A program made the position numbers and the translations under genes. Below the pieces are notes generated by a model. The model had not been told where the DNA came from. It was given only the letters and a program-made list of their open reading frames with translations, and ran no database searches. A stretch of DNA of 63,168 nucleotides, filler included, from Squatina squatina (taxonomy: Eukaryota), in the NCBI GenBank assembly GCA_031763465.1. It is 3 parts of 2 records of this genome, joined end to end, with 100 filler letters (N's around TTAATTAATTAA, not from the genome) between each part and the next. Parts side by side here need not be neighbours in the genome. Positions count along the whole stretch, not along the records: positions 1 to 18,428 come from JARFOE010000233.1; 2 more parts are not named here. The stretch is one strand, 5' to 3'. This document shows, piece after piece, positions 1 to 14,076 of the stretch (positions within the stretch are counted from its first letter, which is position 1; the number at the start of each line of letters is the position of its first letter).

Positions 1-202
1 CTGTGCCTGTTGGACAACCCACTAACCAACAAAACTTTAAAAAACCTATTTCAAATGTTTTGATTCTGGCTTTAATATTCTGAACAGGTTACGCTATAAC
101 TACATTTGAGTTCAGGTTATGCTAATGTATTAAAGAACTTTGACATTTTTGTAATAAAAACACAGCAGCAGAAAAATGTGCTGACTGATAGTGATTTGCT
201 AA

Positions 203-493
<291 letters not shown>

Positions 494-2750
494 TGAAAAT
501 AACACATCTTGGTGAAGGAGGAATTTGGAAATGTGTGCTTTGCTTACATATAGATATATATGTCAATCAGGAGAGGAAATAATTTTCGTTGAAAATTATA
601 TTTTCTTCATTGCATAGTGTTTGTTGGACTGGGGTTTAAAATCCTTGAGTGTTGCATGTGTAAAATCTCAGATAGCCAGGTGGTGAAGGATAGCGTTTTA
701 GAGCCCAGTCTTTAGTTGCTTACATGTCATTATTCACAGAGACACACATTACATACTGTGCATCCCCAAGATAAGCTTGTAACCCTTCCCCAGCTATTTC
801 CATATATATGAGAACAAGGGTCCCCAATTAATTGCCACCACCTGCATTCAATTGCTGTACACCACTTAAGTACAATTAACAGCATGTAGTAATAGCACAC
901 AAGTAATATTCAAATTGTCTGTTGTACTGAACTGTTTGCTTTTTCAATATTAAAGATCACGGGGGCAGAATTGCTTTGGTCGTAATGTGTAACGACATCA
1001 TGAACTTGTACTTTCTGTACACAATAATGATGTTATTACAGTGTCTAGAGCACTTCTTCTCTCACACAGCATTAGATATTAGTTGCTGTTAAGTCCTTCC
1101 ATAGCCACCTCCTGTTTNNNNNNNNNNNNNNNNNNNNNNNNNNNNNNNNNNNNNNNNNNNNNNNNNNNNNNNNNNNNNNNNNNNNNNNNNNNNNNNNNNN
1201 NNNNNNNNNNNNNNNNNGCGTATATGAAACCTGAAAAATACACCACACAGAAAGATTATGAGCATCCTAAATTTACTTTCATTTTATTGACTGCAGTAGA
1301 TGCATTTAAAGATTTTTTTTTTAAAGCTTCTATTTTTTTTACCCTGTGGCACACAAAATCTGTTGGAGTAGTCATTTTTAATTGATTGCATTTAGTGCAT
1401 AAAAGCAGGCAATCCTCAAGGAGCCTTTTTATAGGGAGTAGGGAAAGAGTGACATTGACTGTTATGGAACAATGTCTAAACATGAATTTATAAAATTATT
1501 ATAGAATGCAGTGAGGTTAAGAGAATCCCCCTCCTCACCAGTTCATATGTACTAATCTGTTTCACTGGAGATGCTGTTTTACTACTTCCTTCCCATCTCA
1601 GTGCTTTTGGACATTTGAAGAAGGCTTGTCCACAGATCAGTATATAAACTGATCTGAGGCTGGCCCAGTGCATCAGAACCACTATCCTTTCATGAGACTG
1701 GAGGTGAAACAAGGCCAGATTATTGAGATGAAATTTGACGCTATCCNNNNNNNNNNNNNNNNNNNNNNNNNNNNNNNNNNNNNNNNNNNNNNNNNNNNNN
1801 NNNNNNNNNNNNNNNNNNNNNNNNNNNNNNNNNNNNNNNNNNNNNNNNNNNNNNNNNNNNNNNNNNNNNNNNNNNNNNNNNNNNNNNNNNNNNNNNNNNN
1901 NNNNNNNNNNNNNNNNNNNNNNNNNNNNNNNNNNNNNNNNNNNNNNNNNNNNNNNNNNNNNNNNNNNNNNNNNNNNNNNNNCATCAAGGAAGATCATGCA
2001 GGGAGGATCCCACACCCATAAAAGAGCCAGCGCAATTTTCTGTCCATTTTAAATTAACAGACGGGCAACCCTCCCTGTCTGCTTTTCCTCTCTGCGGCCC
2101 CCAGGCAATCCAATCCAGTAGGCTCAGCAACAGGAAAATCTGCCCAATTACTTTGCAACTTTATTGTGGGTCAGTCTGCTAGATCCCAGAGCCAACGTTT
2201 TCACTGGAGTATGTTAAATAACTTCAACTAATAGTTTGCTTATGTTGTGGAGCATTTTGCAGAAACAGTGCTTGTATAATACCCAAAGCATCTGGTGCTG
2301 TGAAATCCACGCTGTATTGAAGGCTAGAAATCAGCAACAAACAATTTGTTTGACAGTTGGAATTCTTCATTTCTGATTGCGGGACCCGCATCACTGGTTT
2401 GTATTGGTGGACTGAACACACAGCCCACCTACAGCCAGGAAAGAAATGGTTTATATTGCCGAGATGGTGTGACTGCCTTAGGAAGTACTGAAGGAGACAA
2501 AACACAAACTCCTCGGGTGGAAGCAATAGTATTGTTTTGTTGACCTAACAGCACTGCCATTGAAATTGGGCTGTCACCAGTGATGGAGCTTTAATTTAAA
2601 TGTGACATATTATTAAATTCGATTTAATGATAATTTGCACTGTTTACTCTCCAACAAAATAATCATTAGAGCTAATTCCTCCATAATGATATGGACAAGC
2701 TCATTTTCTTTTCCTTTAATTTATTTGGTGTTTTTTTTTAAACTTCACAG

Positions 2751-2858
2751 TCCAAGGAGTCCTCATCGGTGCTGAGCTGTGACATCTCAGTGGATGATAA
2801 ATACATTGTNNNNNNNNNNGGTGACAAGAAGGCTACAGTCTATGAAGTTATTTATTAG
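2751..2858 (+). CDS. TLE4: Terminal coding exon of the same TLE gene
   Basis: Poly-T tract and cacag| acceptor at 2750. Translates [20 protein letters not shown][xxx][12 protein letters not shown] with TAG at 2856-2858, the canonical TLE C-terminus. The 10 Ns (2810-2819) keep the frame and match the missing TGS. Confidence 0.93.
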   Translation, partial: [35 protein letters not shown]

Positions 2859-5800
2859 GAATGGAGCCTGAATACAAGGATACCTTTCACTATAGCACTT
2901 TTGTTAGATTTGCTCTTTATGGCTGACTTTGCAAAACAAAGACTTCAACGTTCTTGTCATCGTTTCTCAGCTCTGTGCTGTATTTGATCGTAATTTCTGG
3001 ACACGACCATCTAATACACATAACCCTCAAAATCCAACTACTGAGTGGATGGGACAAGCTTCTTTTGCCATTAATTGAATGAAGGACCAGAAGGTTTCAA
3101 CTATTTATTTTTTGTTTTTCAAGACTTTATAATTTTGTTGAAATTAATTTCACTAAAGCTCTCTTGCAGCCTTGGCGATGAAGGTTAGTTACGCTATTTG
3201 GGAAAGGGTATGGAGGGTGGTACTTCATTTCAGTATTGATTAATATTGTGCGTTTTATTACTTCTCCATTATATTACAAAATTGCTAAGATTTTTAATAG
3301 GCCTATCAAGTTACAGAGTAATATTCTTAAAATTTGCCAAAAGTAAAGCTTGTTGATAATCTGAAGCTAAGGCAAAAGTAAACTTAAGATTTGACAGGTC
3401 CTGGAATGATAATTTGCTGTTAGTATTGTTTTGTTAGAAGGCCACAGACTTGAAAATAACAAAAAGGATACCACTTTACAAAGATTCCAGGTATTGTGAA
3501 GAATAGGGCAGAAAGTGCCCATAGGACATGGAAAAATCCATAAAGTGAGAAACATGCTGATTGGCTCAGATGTTCCACATACTGGAAAAACAGCCAATCA
3601 GAAATAATTAAACTCTTGCAATTATTTCATATTCACTGAAAAACAATTACCACAAAAGCAACTAATTAAATCCCTTTTTTTTTAAACAACATGTCTTGAG
3701 CAGCTAAGTTGGTTCCCCAATTCACCCCATTATATATTCCTATAATTAAACTTTGTAATGGAACACCCCCAAAAATAAAATAATTCTGAATAAAATTACT
3801 AAGCTTATCCATTCCATGTTGTGTCTTTCCCTCACATGGTCGTCGCCTCCTTCAGCGGTGCTTGCTTACCTTCTGCTCATTTTCCATCAGTTAGTCCTTG
3901 GTTCCTGATATTTCTTGGGCCTCTGCACATGCCACATTGCCCCTTACACTCCCACTCTCAACTTTCAGGCTTTTGAAATACACCCTCAACCTGCTGCCGN
4001 NNNNNNNNNNNNNNNNNNNNNNNNNNNNNNNNNNNNNNNNNNNNNNNNNNNNNNNNNNNNNNNNNNNNNNNNNNNNNNNNNNNNNNNNNNNNNNNNNNNA
4101 CTCCATCCCAGGGCCCAGTTCTGCCTTCCCAATTCTACTCCAGGTTCTTTGCACTCTCCGATCACTTCTCCTTAAAGTGCTCTTGAAATGTTCCCTTTTT
4201 GCCTTCCTTGTTCTTAACCAGTGAATGGTTGTCTCTCAGTCCACTTAAGCCCTCTCCCACCCTGAAAGTGCAAATCATTATCTGACTGCAGTTCTCTCAT
4301 TTTCTGACTTCATTGCTCCCAGTTTCACTTCTCAGCCTTACCATTTCTCGCTCCCTCGCCTTGCTCACTGCTTTTACTCCTAAGCCTCACTTGCTTTGAG
4401 CAATGTCATGGGAGGTCAACTAGTGACTTATCAAATTTTTAAAACATTTTTTGCTAACTTAAAAATCTAACATTATTATAGGGTTGAGGATGGGGAGGAG
4501 ATAAAGGGAGGAAGTCACTAACTCATTGTCAAATAAGTATAATGAAGATGCTTTAGATATTGTGCTAGGTGGGGGCTATCTGTGTGGATGTGTGGCTGAT
4601 GTTCATGATGAGCCGATTCATAGATTTGAAGGTCAACTGGAGTTGCATATAGTGCATCATCTGTACATGCTCAATAGTGGAAGAATAAAGTGAGTTACAA
4701 TCAAGGGCTGTGAAAACTATCCAGGCATTGCTGTATGAACCCTGAGATTTATGAACTATTTCCAGCTAACTTTATCACGACTTCTATACTACAGTACCTC
4801 CTCACTCTCACACTTGGATAGACCATTACCTCTGTGCAACATGTATTGTTTATGACTCCCTCACTAATGTGCCTGTCACAATTTCACTTCTAGTGTGGCT
4901 TCCAAAGATTTTTTTTTTCTACAAAGAGGACCAGTGTATCCATAATCTGATTATTCCTGTTTCACTTCATTCAAGTACTTCACACAGAAAATTTCCCATC
5001 TCTGCTATTGCAAACGTTGTCATTGGTTCTTTGCTATCTACATGAAACTTATTTCCTTTGTGTTTTTAGTATGATTCTTCTAGATGTCTTTCTAGGTTTT
5101 GGAGACATTTTCTGGCCACTTTTANNNNNNNNNNNNNNNNNNNNNNNNNNNNNNNNNNNNNNNNNNNNNNNNNNNNNNNNNNNNNNNNNNNNNNNNNNNN
5201 NNNNNNNNNNNNNNNNNNNNNNNNTTTGCTGGTTTTTGATGTGAACCTGTGAAGTTCTGAGAAAAGTTGTTCCTATGTTTGAAAACTGTGGGCAGATTAA
5301 ACTTTCTGTATCCCCCTATATTAACATTAGATTATACCCAACAAGACTAACACAAGGTGGAAATCAATTCTGTAATCCAATCCAGGCACTGTACCTTTGC
5401 TAAGACTAGAGTTAGACATGTACTAAGAGATTGGCTCTAAGAGATTGGTTTACCACTGGAACTAAACCCATGGCTGAGCATTGTTTTAATGTTGTTATGC
5501 TGTCTGAACAAAGCATTAAATATAGTCACCACTGTATATCGTTATGGAGTCTATCAGTCATGGACACTGCATTGACCCAACAGGCTTCTGAAACTGTGCA
5601 GTACATAAGTTTAGATCATTGAATATAACTGCTTGGCTTGAAGCCAGCAGCCAAATATTAGAACTCTCCAGCCTGCAATGTACCAATAAGAACATGGTAA
5701 GGGCAATATTAAGAGACAACCTAACTTGTTAATGTGCAGTGGAAGTGACGATGCTTATGCTCTTCAAAGCATTTTTTTTTGCAAGATTATCAAACTTTGA

Positions 5801-8800
5801 CATTTTAATAGCACTGTTCATTCTAAAAGGGAACTACAAGAACACACGGGCTGTGATCAGCAGTCTAGTAGGTGAGATGGGAGATGTAGTGCTGAGCATC
5901 ACTCTGGAATGTTNNNNNNNNNNNNNNNNNNNNNNNNNNNNNNNNNNNNNNNNNNNNNNNNNNNNNNNNNNNNNNNNNNNNNNNNNNNNNNNNNNNNNNN
6001 NNNNNNNNNNNNNNNNNNNNNNNNNNNNNNNNNNNNNNNNNNNNNNNNNNNNNNNNNNNNNNNNNNNNNNNNNNNNNNNNNNNNNNNNNNNNNNNNNNNN
6101 NNNNNNNNNNNNNNNNNNNNNNNNNNNNNNNNNNNNNNNNNNNNNNNNNNNNNNNNNNNNNNNNNNNNNNNNNNNNNNNNNNNNNNNNNNNNNNNNNNNN
6201 NNNNNNNNNNNNNNNNNNNNNNNNNNNNNNNNNNNNNNNNNNNNNNNNNNNNNNNNNNNNNNNNNNNNNNNNNNNNNNNNNNNNNNNNNNNNNNNNNNNN
6301 NNNNNNNNNNNNNNNNNNNNNNNNNNNNNNNNNNNNNNNNNNNNNNNNGATGTGGGAATCTGATTTGGTTGTCTAGGGCTCCTTGGCCTTTTTAGTGAAT
6401 CAACTGACTTCCAGGAAGTTGTCCATCACATTTTTTAAGGTTATGGCTAAATCCCTCTTCATGTTTCTTATATTGATTCTTATCTGCCTGTAGTCTTGGA
6501 TTACTAAATTTAAAAAAAAAACAATTTTAGATAAACAAGGTGTGCCCACTAATGGGGTGGTTCTGGGGCCACAAAAGGTTTTTCACCCTTGCTGTCCAGT
6601 TTTCAACTGTAATGCTAAGAGTTATATAGCTACCAAATGTTGCTGTTCTAATGCAAGTGGCTAATTAAGAAATGAGTTTCTTTGTACATGTGCGTTATAT
6701 ACCACTGAAAGTGCCCTGTGGTCAATATGTTTGCTTTTTATCCCCTTTTCTTCACTAGAAATATTGTTATATTTAAAAGTTTCTTAAATTAAAATCAGTA
6801 GTTATGTTTTATAACACATGGATGGACAAATACGCATTTCTGTTCCAGTATGTTCGTTGGCTCTTTAAAAGAACTAGTCACATGTGACTATAGCTGTTAG
6901 AAAATGTGACAATAGGAGGGCAGAAGTGTAAAAATGCTGCAGGACTGCACTGGATATTCATAAGTGTACAAGAAAATAGTNNNNNNNNNNNNNNNNNNNN
7001 NNNNNNNNNNNNNNNNNNNNNNNNNNNNNNNNNNNNNNNNNNNNNNNNNNNNNNNNNNNNNNNNNNNNNNNNNNNNNNNNGGGATTCCAGTCTTGAATTC
7101 GGTTCTTCGTATCTAAAATATTGTTATAAAGTGAGAAATTATAATTTCCCATTGTTTCTTAACATTGGGAGAGTGCCAGTAACAGTTTATTGTATCACCA
7201 AGGATATCAATTTAATGATACCTCATCCAGAAATGAGTAAATTATATGAACATACTACATACAGTATATACTATAAATATTGTTCACTGCATGCAATTTT
7301 GAATATGGTATCTAATAAATTTCTTATTTCAGAACATGAAAATAACACTGGTGATACACTTGGGTGTTATATATTGTGATTTTTTTTTAAACCTGAAGTA
7401 CAATGAACTGAATTACAGCAATATTTGAAGAGCTAAGTACTAATCGTTAAACAAGTAATGGTGCAAGTTATGACTTACCCTTCAGATGTGGCCTTTGAAG
7501 AAGACCAGTTTTGTGGATCTTGGGAAGCTACTGATCTTATGACATTTCAGTTCCATTAAAATTCAAGTTCTGTTGAAGAATGTAAATGTTAACATCTCTT
7601 CTGCAGACACATGTAAATGTTATTATTTCTTTCACTTGTCAGAAGCAGAGCTTACATGAACACCTACATGACATTGTTCACAGTTACTCCAGTGCAGTGT
7701 ATGAATTAAAGCCATTATTGTTATGAAGTGATTTGAGATTCTTTTAGAACTGTCTGGATTTACACAGGGATTTAGTCTAGCAAACAAAAGTTTCACAGGA
7801 ACTATAAAGCAAACATTTAATGTGAAGCTGGATTACTGACTGGCTATCACATTCACTTGCTCCCCAATCCCATTTATACCAACTGTCAAAATGGCTTCCA
7901 CATGCATTAGGNNNNNNNNNNNNNNNNNNNNNNNNNNNNNNNNNNNNNNNNNNNNNNNNNNNNNNNNNNNNNNNNNNNNNNNNNNNNNNNNNNNNNNNNN
8001 NNNNNNNNNNNCATGGTCAGCTGTTTGTATGGTAAGTGAACTGACAGAATAACTCGCATTACAAGGTGGCAAGTGAAAATATTCATCATACCATACCACT
8101 GAGCATGACAATTCTCATGTTTAGTATTTGTAAAATGTTTTTAACTGAAGAAAAATGCCTGGGAAAATATTTGAAACTGCTTTGGGACTTTGCTTTGTCA
8201 CTATGATTGTTATTCCTGCTGTTAATAATCCACTTCACTCAGAGCCATTGTGTGGAGTGCTGCAATCTCCATCAGAAAGCGGCCCAATAGTACAATATCT
8301 AACTCTAACATAGGCAGCCTTAAATTCAATTTAAATTGGACAACCTTCTATGGCCACTGTTTGCTATTTTTCCGTCCACAATGTTTTGGGATGTTGAGCA
8401 TTTCATCTTGAGGCAGAGAAATTGAGAATGAATTCATGTTCTAACCTCCATAGCATTTCACGTGTCATCCATTTCAAAGCGGTATTCACAGCAGGCCTAA
8501 AAACATCCAAGAATGACGCAAACTCTCGACTGAGGAGGATAGCACGAAGGTGGGGAGGTGAAAGAGATAAAACGGGGTTAAAATACTGTCCTCTCCAATT
8601 TATTTATTACAATACACACTTTCCATCCATTACCCAATAGAAAACTGCTTCCATACTACTTAGCATCTTTCCCCAAAGTCTAGGGGCAAGAAAAATGTTT
8701 CTTGGAATCAACAGATGGAGCTTTGACTGAACTAATGGAGNNNNNNNNNNNNNNNNNNNNNNNNNNNNNNNNNNNNNNNNNNNNNNNNNNNNNNNNNNNN

Positions 8801-10440
8801 NNNNNNNNNNNNNNNNNNNNNNNNNNNNNNNNNNNNNNNNTAAGAGTTTTTATCTGGTGTCTTAAGGGGACTGGCAAATGCTGCTTGTCTTTTTCTTCTA
8901 GTAAAATTGGAGGTCAACTATCCATCCACTTCACAGTGTGACAGCAGACACTTGCTTTGGAGCTGACCATCCATACCAGTTAACAAGTATGAAAAGCTCT
9001 GTTGTTCCCTGACAAGAAAAAAAATCATCCACACAATAACAGACAGCTTGAAAGCTTTAGTCAAAAATGTCACATTGTTTGTTCAAATGCCTCTTCTGTT
9101 TGATCTGCTCTTGGAATCCTTAAAACATTACATTCCTTAAATACAATATACTTTGATGATGAAATAGATTAACTTTTCAGAACAATCATCAGGCCATCTG
9201 TTGCCAAGCTGCCCATATTGGCTGTCTTGTAGCTGTCATCACTTCATTGAGATCCGTAACCAAAATGCAGGAATATAATGAATATGTCAGGAGCTGGAGG
9301 TCAGCCATTAAACTATATCAAAACGTGGTTTGCATCCAGTGTCANNNNNNNNNNNNNNNNNNNNNNNNNNNNNNNNNNNNNNNNNNNNNNNNNNNNNNNN
9401 NNNNNNNNNNNNNNNNNNNNNNNNNNNNNNNNNNNNNNNNNNNNGCAGACATACTCCCCTCCCCCCACCCCATCCCCCGCCCCAGATTGCACAGTTCGTA
9501 AACACCTGGAAAATTGAGATTGACACAATTTTTCGAAGGCTCTGAACTTGAAATTCTTCCTTCTGGGGGACAAATAAACAGCTCTCACTAGGGTGCACAC
9601 CACATCGTGTGTCAGCACATATTCCACAGTCTGGTGCTGAGTGGATATGTCAGCTGCCCATTAGACCACACTAAAATAGAATTGCTATGAGCCCGAAGCA
9701 TGAAGCATGATATTAGATAAAGTGATGAAATTTCCCTCGATTAAAGACCCAGGTCAAGGACAGTTACCTCAGGAAATTCTCCTTTATTTTCCTGGAATGT
9801 TCCCACATTTTGATGAATATATCCCATGTGTTTACTATAGATTATCATTTTACCTCCCTTTTGAAGCAAATAGCTTTTTAGAAATTAAGTGTTGCCATGT
9901 GGTCGAGTGGTGATTGACTGGTACTTAGCCTTTCTTTCAACCTGAATAAATTTATATGCTTCATGTATTTCACAGAAGGGAAAACAAGAACAGCAAGGGC
10001 TTGTTAAAAATTAAATATGCTTGCTTCATTTGTCACAAAACCATGTAGATGTATACTAAATCTGATGCCATAATTTTATTGATATGTTCAGTATCAATAT
10101 TTTATGATTCCTTCTGTAGCTCCCTGGGATTATGCCAGAAATATAGAAAAATTCCAATAAATAGTTTATTTCACTGAAGGGTACACTCTGCCCTCATTAT
10201 AACACAGGCCTCAAGAGTCAAGCATTTTGCACATTATAATGAGACGCCTGTTTATAGTAAATGTCCCCTAACAGAGCATAAAATGTAACATGAAAAATGC
10301 AGCAAGTAAAATAAAGTTATAACTGAGTGTGTGATAATGANNNNNNNNNNNNNNNNNNNNNNNNNNNNNNNNNNNNNNNNNNNNNNNNNNNNNNNNNNNN
10401 NNNNNNNNNNNNNNNNNNNNNNNNNNNNNNNNNNNNNNNN

Positions 10441-10572
10441 GTTCTGACGAAGGGTCATCGACCCAAAACATTGACTCTGTTTTTCTCTCCACAGATGCTG
10501 CCTGACCTGCTGAGTTTCTCCAGCATTTTCTGTTTGTATTCTAGATTCCAGCATCCGCAGTATTTCACTTCT
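10441..10572 (+). mobile_element. Penelope-like element terminal repeat fragment with a degenerate hammerhead core
   Basis: ctgacga-agggtc-atc-gaccc-aaaac followed by cagatgctgcctgacctgctgagtttctccagcattttctg...ttccagcatccgcag. Related copies at 36758-36890 and 16531-16575. Family assignment is from recognition, not a database search. Confidence 0.6.
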
Positions 10573-12523
10573 GTGTCATTGTTAATTTTGTTGTTTTATC
10601 CAATTGTTCTAATAACAAAACTTGTAATGAATTATGTTCTAAAATAAGCTTGCTTTTTACGCTTGTTTCAATTTTGCAGCAATATTCATTTGAATTTATG
10701 ATTGCATTGAAACGCTACCCATCCTTTGGGAATATTAAAATGTTGTTAAGGGTTTGATAGTCAGTTTTGCAGACATAGCTGGCCAGTTTTCCTGCTGATC
10801 GCCACCTTTTTATTCGCCTTAATCAGGCATGAACCTGACCTCTTCATAATGAGGCTCAGGTTGCAAGCAGCAGGCTAATGTTGCATTTACTGCACCGAAT
10901 ATTATTGAATGGATTCTTTAATTAAAAAGAATACTATTCTTACTGTGACCTCCTCTCCTTCATTTGACTCTACACATGAAAATGATTCAGCTCTAGAATT
11001 GTGCCTTCTCTTCCCAGTGACCAATTGTTTAACATTTTCTTGCTGCAGTGACAAAAAAGATGGGTCAGAATAAATGAAAGGGATAATTTTCTGACATAAA
11101 ATTATGTGCCAAGAATTTCCACAGACGTTCTCTGGCAGGCAACTGGTGGAACCTTGAGAAAAAGAGCATAAATACCAAAAGCATCCTTTTACGTTGTTTT
11201 ACCGGGGTGATCCGCTGATCTCTTGAAATTACAGCAGGATATCAGGAGAACCCTGTGAAACCTGAGAGGGATGGCATTTAACTCAGAGAAGACATAGAGT
11301 CTGGAATTTATTCCACTACACTACTCAAAATCAGGGAGCATATCGGCAGAAAATTAAGGGAAATATGATGAGGAAGACTACTGCTGAATCCCCCTGTGCA
11401 AGTGCCACCATGAGTCTTCCGTCCGACCAACTCCAGCCATCCACAAAGACTTTCCTTGTGCACTTAACTGAAGGCGAGGCAGGGAACCAGGTTAATTTCC
11501 ATGCCTACTGCCTCAACTGACACTCCCCGGAGANNNNNNNNNNNNNNNNNNNNNNNNNNNNNNNNNNNNNNNNNNNNNNNNNNNNNNNNNNNNNNNNNNN
11601 NNNNNNNNNNNNNNNNNNNNNNNNNNNNNNNNNCTGAGCAATTAGATTACAGGATTGATTTCTCCTGACATTTTGTTGAAAGTAAAGAATCCAGGGTTCA
11701 ATCCAGATGTGTTTGGCGTGCTGACAAAGTGATTTTTAATGGATCTGACTCAGAAACTTTGCCTGAGGCCAGCGTCTCTTGTTGAGCTGGAGGTGAAGTC
11801 AGACTAACTATTTGAAGCACAATCAAGGCTGTGCTGGTGGTCATTGCCTCACTGTAATGGGTGTTTGCTTTCACCATTTCACTGACATATAGCTAAGGTT
11901 TGAATAATCCACATGGCAGTGACCAATGATTCTGGTTACTATTAAAAAATAAATTAACACATTGAACTGCATAAGAGTTTACTCATCTGGGCTATTGCTC
12001 TGTGGGTGACCAAATCATATACCGGTGCATCTGCAGCTTCTTCCTATTTTAATGCATAAAGCTATATCCGAGATTAAACTGTTTTTGGCTTTCAATTGGC
12101 TATATTAAAAGGGCTGTTATGCACCATCTTCAAAAAGAAGTGTTTGGCCACCCATTTTATTTTGGTTATTTGAAAATATCTAACATGCTGATCTAAAATG
12201 CATTGACACATCAAATCATGGCTGATTGTCACTCCACCCTCCAAAGAAAATCTTTGTTGAATACTGTTTCCATGAAGACTGTGGGCCCCCAATTGGCCCG
12301 TTAGTGCTAGAGCTAAATGGGTGTTGCACCTCTCGCACAGGAAACTCAGCGTCCAGCTCTAGATAGCGGTGATGACGTCATCACTCGGCACAACACCCAA
12401 AATGCCCACCCACACAAGCATTCNNNNNNNNNNNNNNNNNNNNNNNNNNNNNNNNNNNNNNNNNNNNNNNNNNNNNNNNNNNNNNNNNNNNNNNNNNNNN
12501 NNNNNNNNNNNNNNNNNNNNNNN

Positions 12524-12652
12524 GGGTGGAGATAAATTTTCTTAGGGCTTCTGCTCCTTCACTTCAGCGGAAACATGTAAATAGGGTTGCACTGATCTTC
12601 CACTGAGGTTCCAGCAGCAGAGCGGGAGAAGCCTTGAGGAAATTCGCCTCCT
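12524..12652. mobile_element. Short MITE-like element with imperfect terminal inverted repeats
   Basis: Left end aaattttcttagggcttct is the imperfect reverse complement of right end agaagccttgaggaaatt. A similar element lies at ~23687-23794. Confidence 0.55.
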
Positions 12653-13923
12653 TGTCAAATGTTGAAGTCAAGTTAAGCTATGGCATTGCATTCCCAATGA
12701 TAGATTCATTTGATGGACTCATTCTATTCTAGTATATTCTTTCTCAGGGACAGTTGAAAAAATGTAACATCTACATAAAATGGATAAACCAGACAGTCTA
12801 TTGTACTCTAACACAAACTCTTTCAAGTCTTAAAGAAGTTAAGAGCCGGGGGCTGTTGGATCTTTAGGGACTTAAATTATTTGTTCCGAGACTGAAGTTC
12901 TATAGACCTTGCAAGAAAAAAGCACCTTTCATCCATCTGACTGTATCAGATCCTGATAATGAGGTTCAGTAATAAGCCCTTACAGAGAGAACAGTAGATC
13001 CATTTCATTAAATTGGTGGCTTTGAAATGGAAAAGGAAAGTGGGAGTCAAGCCTGTTAGGCTTATTATGATTACAGTCCAAATGTTCTTTTTTGGATTGA
13101 CAGCAAGTGTGTTATACTCAAGAACCTGGAGATATGGGGTAAAGAAAACTACATTTTCCATCTTATCACAAGATGTCCATTCAAAGAAATGATCCAGCCA
13201 ATCCAGTGTAAAAAGCATTACAGGATGAAGGGCAAACAGAAGAAAGATTTCTGTACAACTGAACAATATAAAACTGAGAGACTTTGTGACACTGGTCTAA
13301 AGGCAGAATATATAGTTGTCATAGGGAAATCATAAGGAGCATAGCAAACCTGTTCGCTATTTGCACAATACCATCCAGAATGATATAATATTGTTTTGTT
13401 TTTTGTTCATTGGTGTTTTATTTAGAATCTTGAGAGAAACAACTACTATTTAGTTGGAATGGTCTTAATTGATGGTCCTAATGCCTCCATGTGTGATGTC
13501 TATATCCTGAAATACAACCAGGTATTATTTATTGCTTTTAAGTTGGGGTCTGATGTGTAAGAGAAAGAATATCACAACTACACTCAATAAAGATCTATTT
13601 GCCTCTCAACTCATGTAATGAGCATATACCCACTGACGTACTTTGGCCTGCCAGGCCTAATGGAAGAACGCACTCAGCTCATTTTCCTAGTGGGAGCTTC
13701 TCTTACAGTGTGCTGATTAGAGCTGGTTGGGGTGAGCCAGAATTCTCCAGCTTGGATCCAAAAGATAAATTCAGCAATCCTGCACTCCCAGCGGNNNNNN
13801 NNNNNNNNNNNNNNNNNNNNNNNNNNNNNNNNNNNNNNNNNNNNNNNNNNNNNNNNNNNNNNNNNNNNNNNNNNNNNNNNNNNNNNNNNNNNNNCCCCTT
13901 AGATTCTTACTATAATGGTGAGA

Positions 13924-14076
13924 CTTTTTTTTATTCGTTCCTGGGACGTGGGCGTTGCTGCCAAGACCAGCATTTATTGCCCATTCCAAATTGCCCTTGA
14001 GAAGATGTTGGTGAGCCGCCTTCTTGAACCGCTGCAGTCTGTGTGGTGAAGGTACTCCCACAGTGTTGTTAGGGAT
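13924..14076 (-). mobile_element. LINE 3' end (ORF2 C-terminus plus poly-A tail)
   Basis: Minus strand reads ...VGVPSPHRLQRFKKAAHQHLLKGN, then gcaataaatgctgg...gaataaaaaaa. A closely similar copy lies at 37830-37985. Confidence 0.75.

Noticed and set aside
2346-2543. VCIGGLNT, resembling the missing TLE LWTGGLDNT
   Set aside because: Flanking residues do not match TLE; coincidence.
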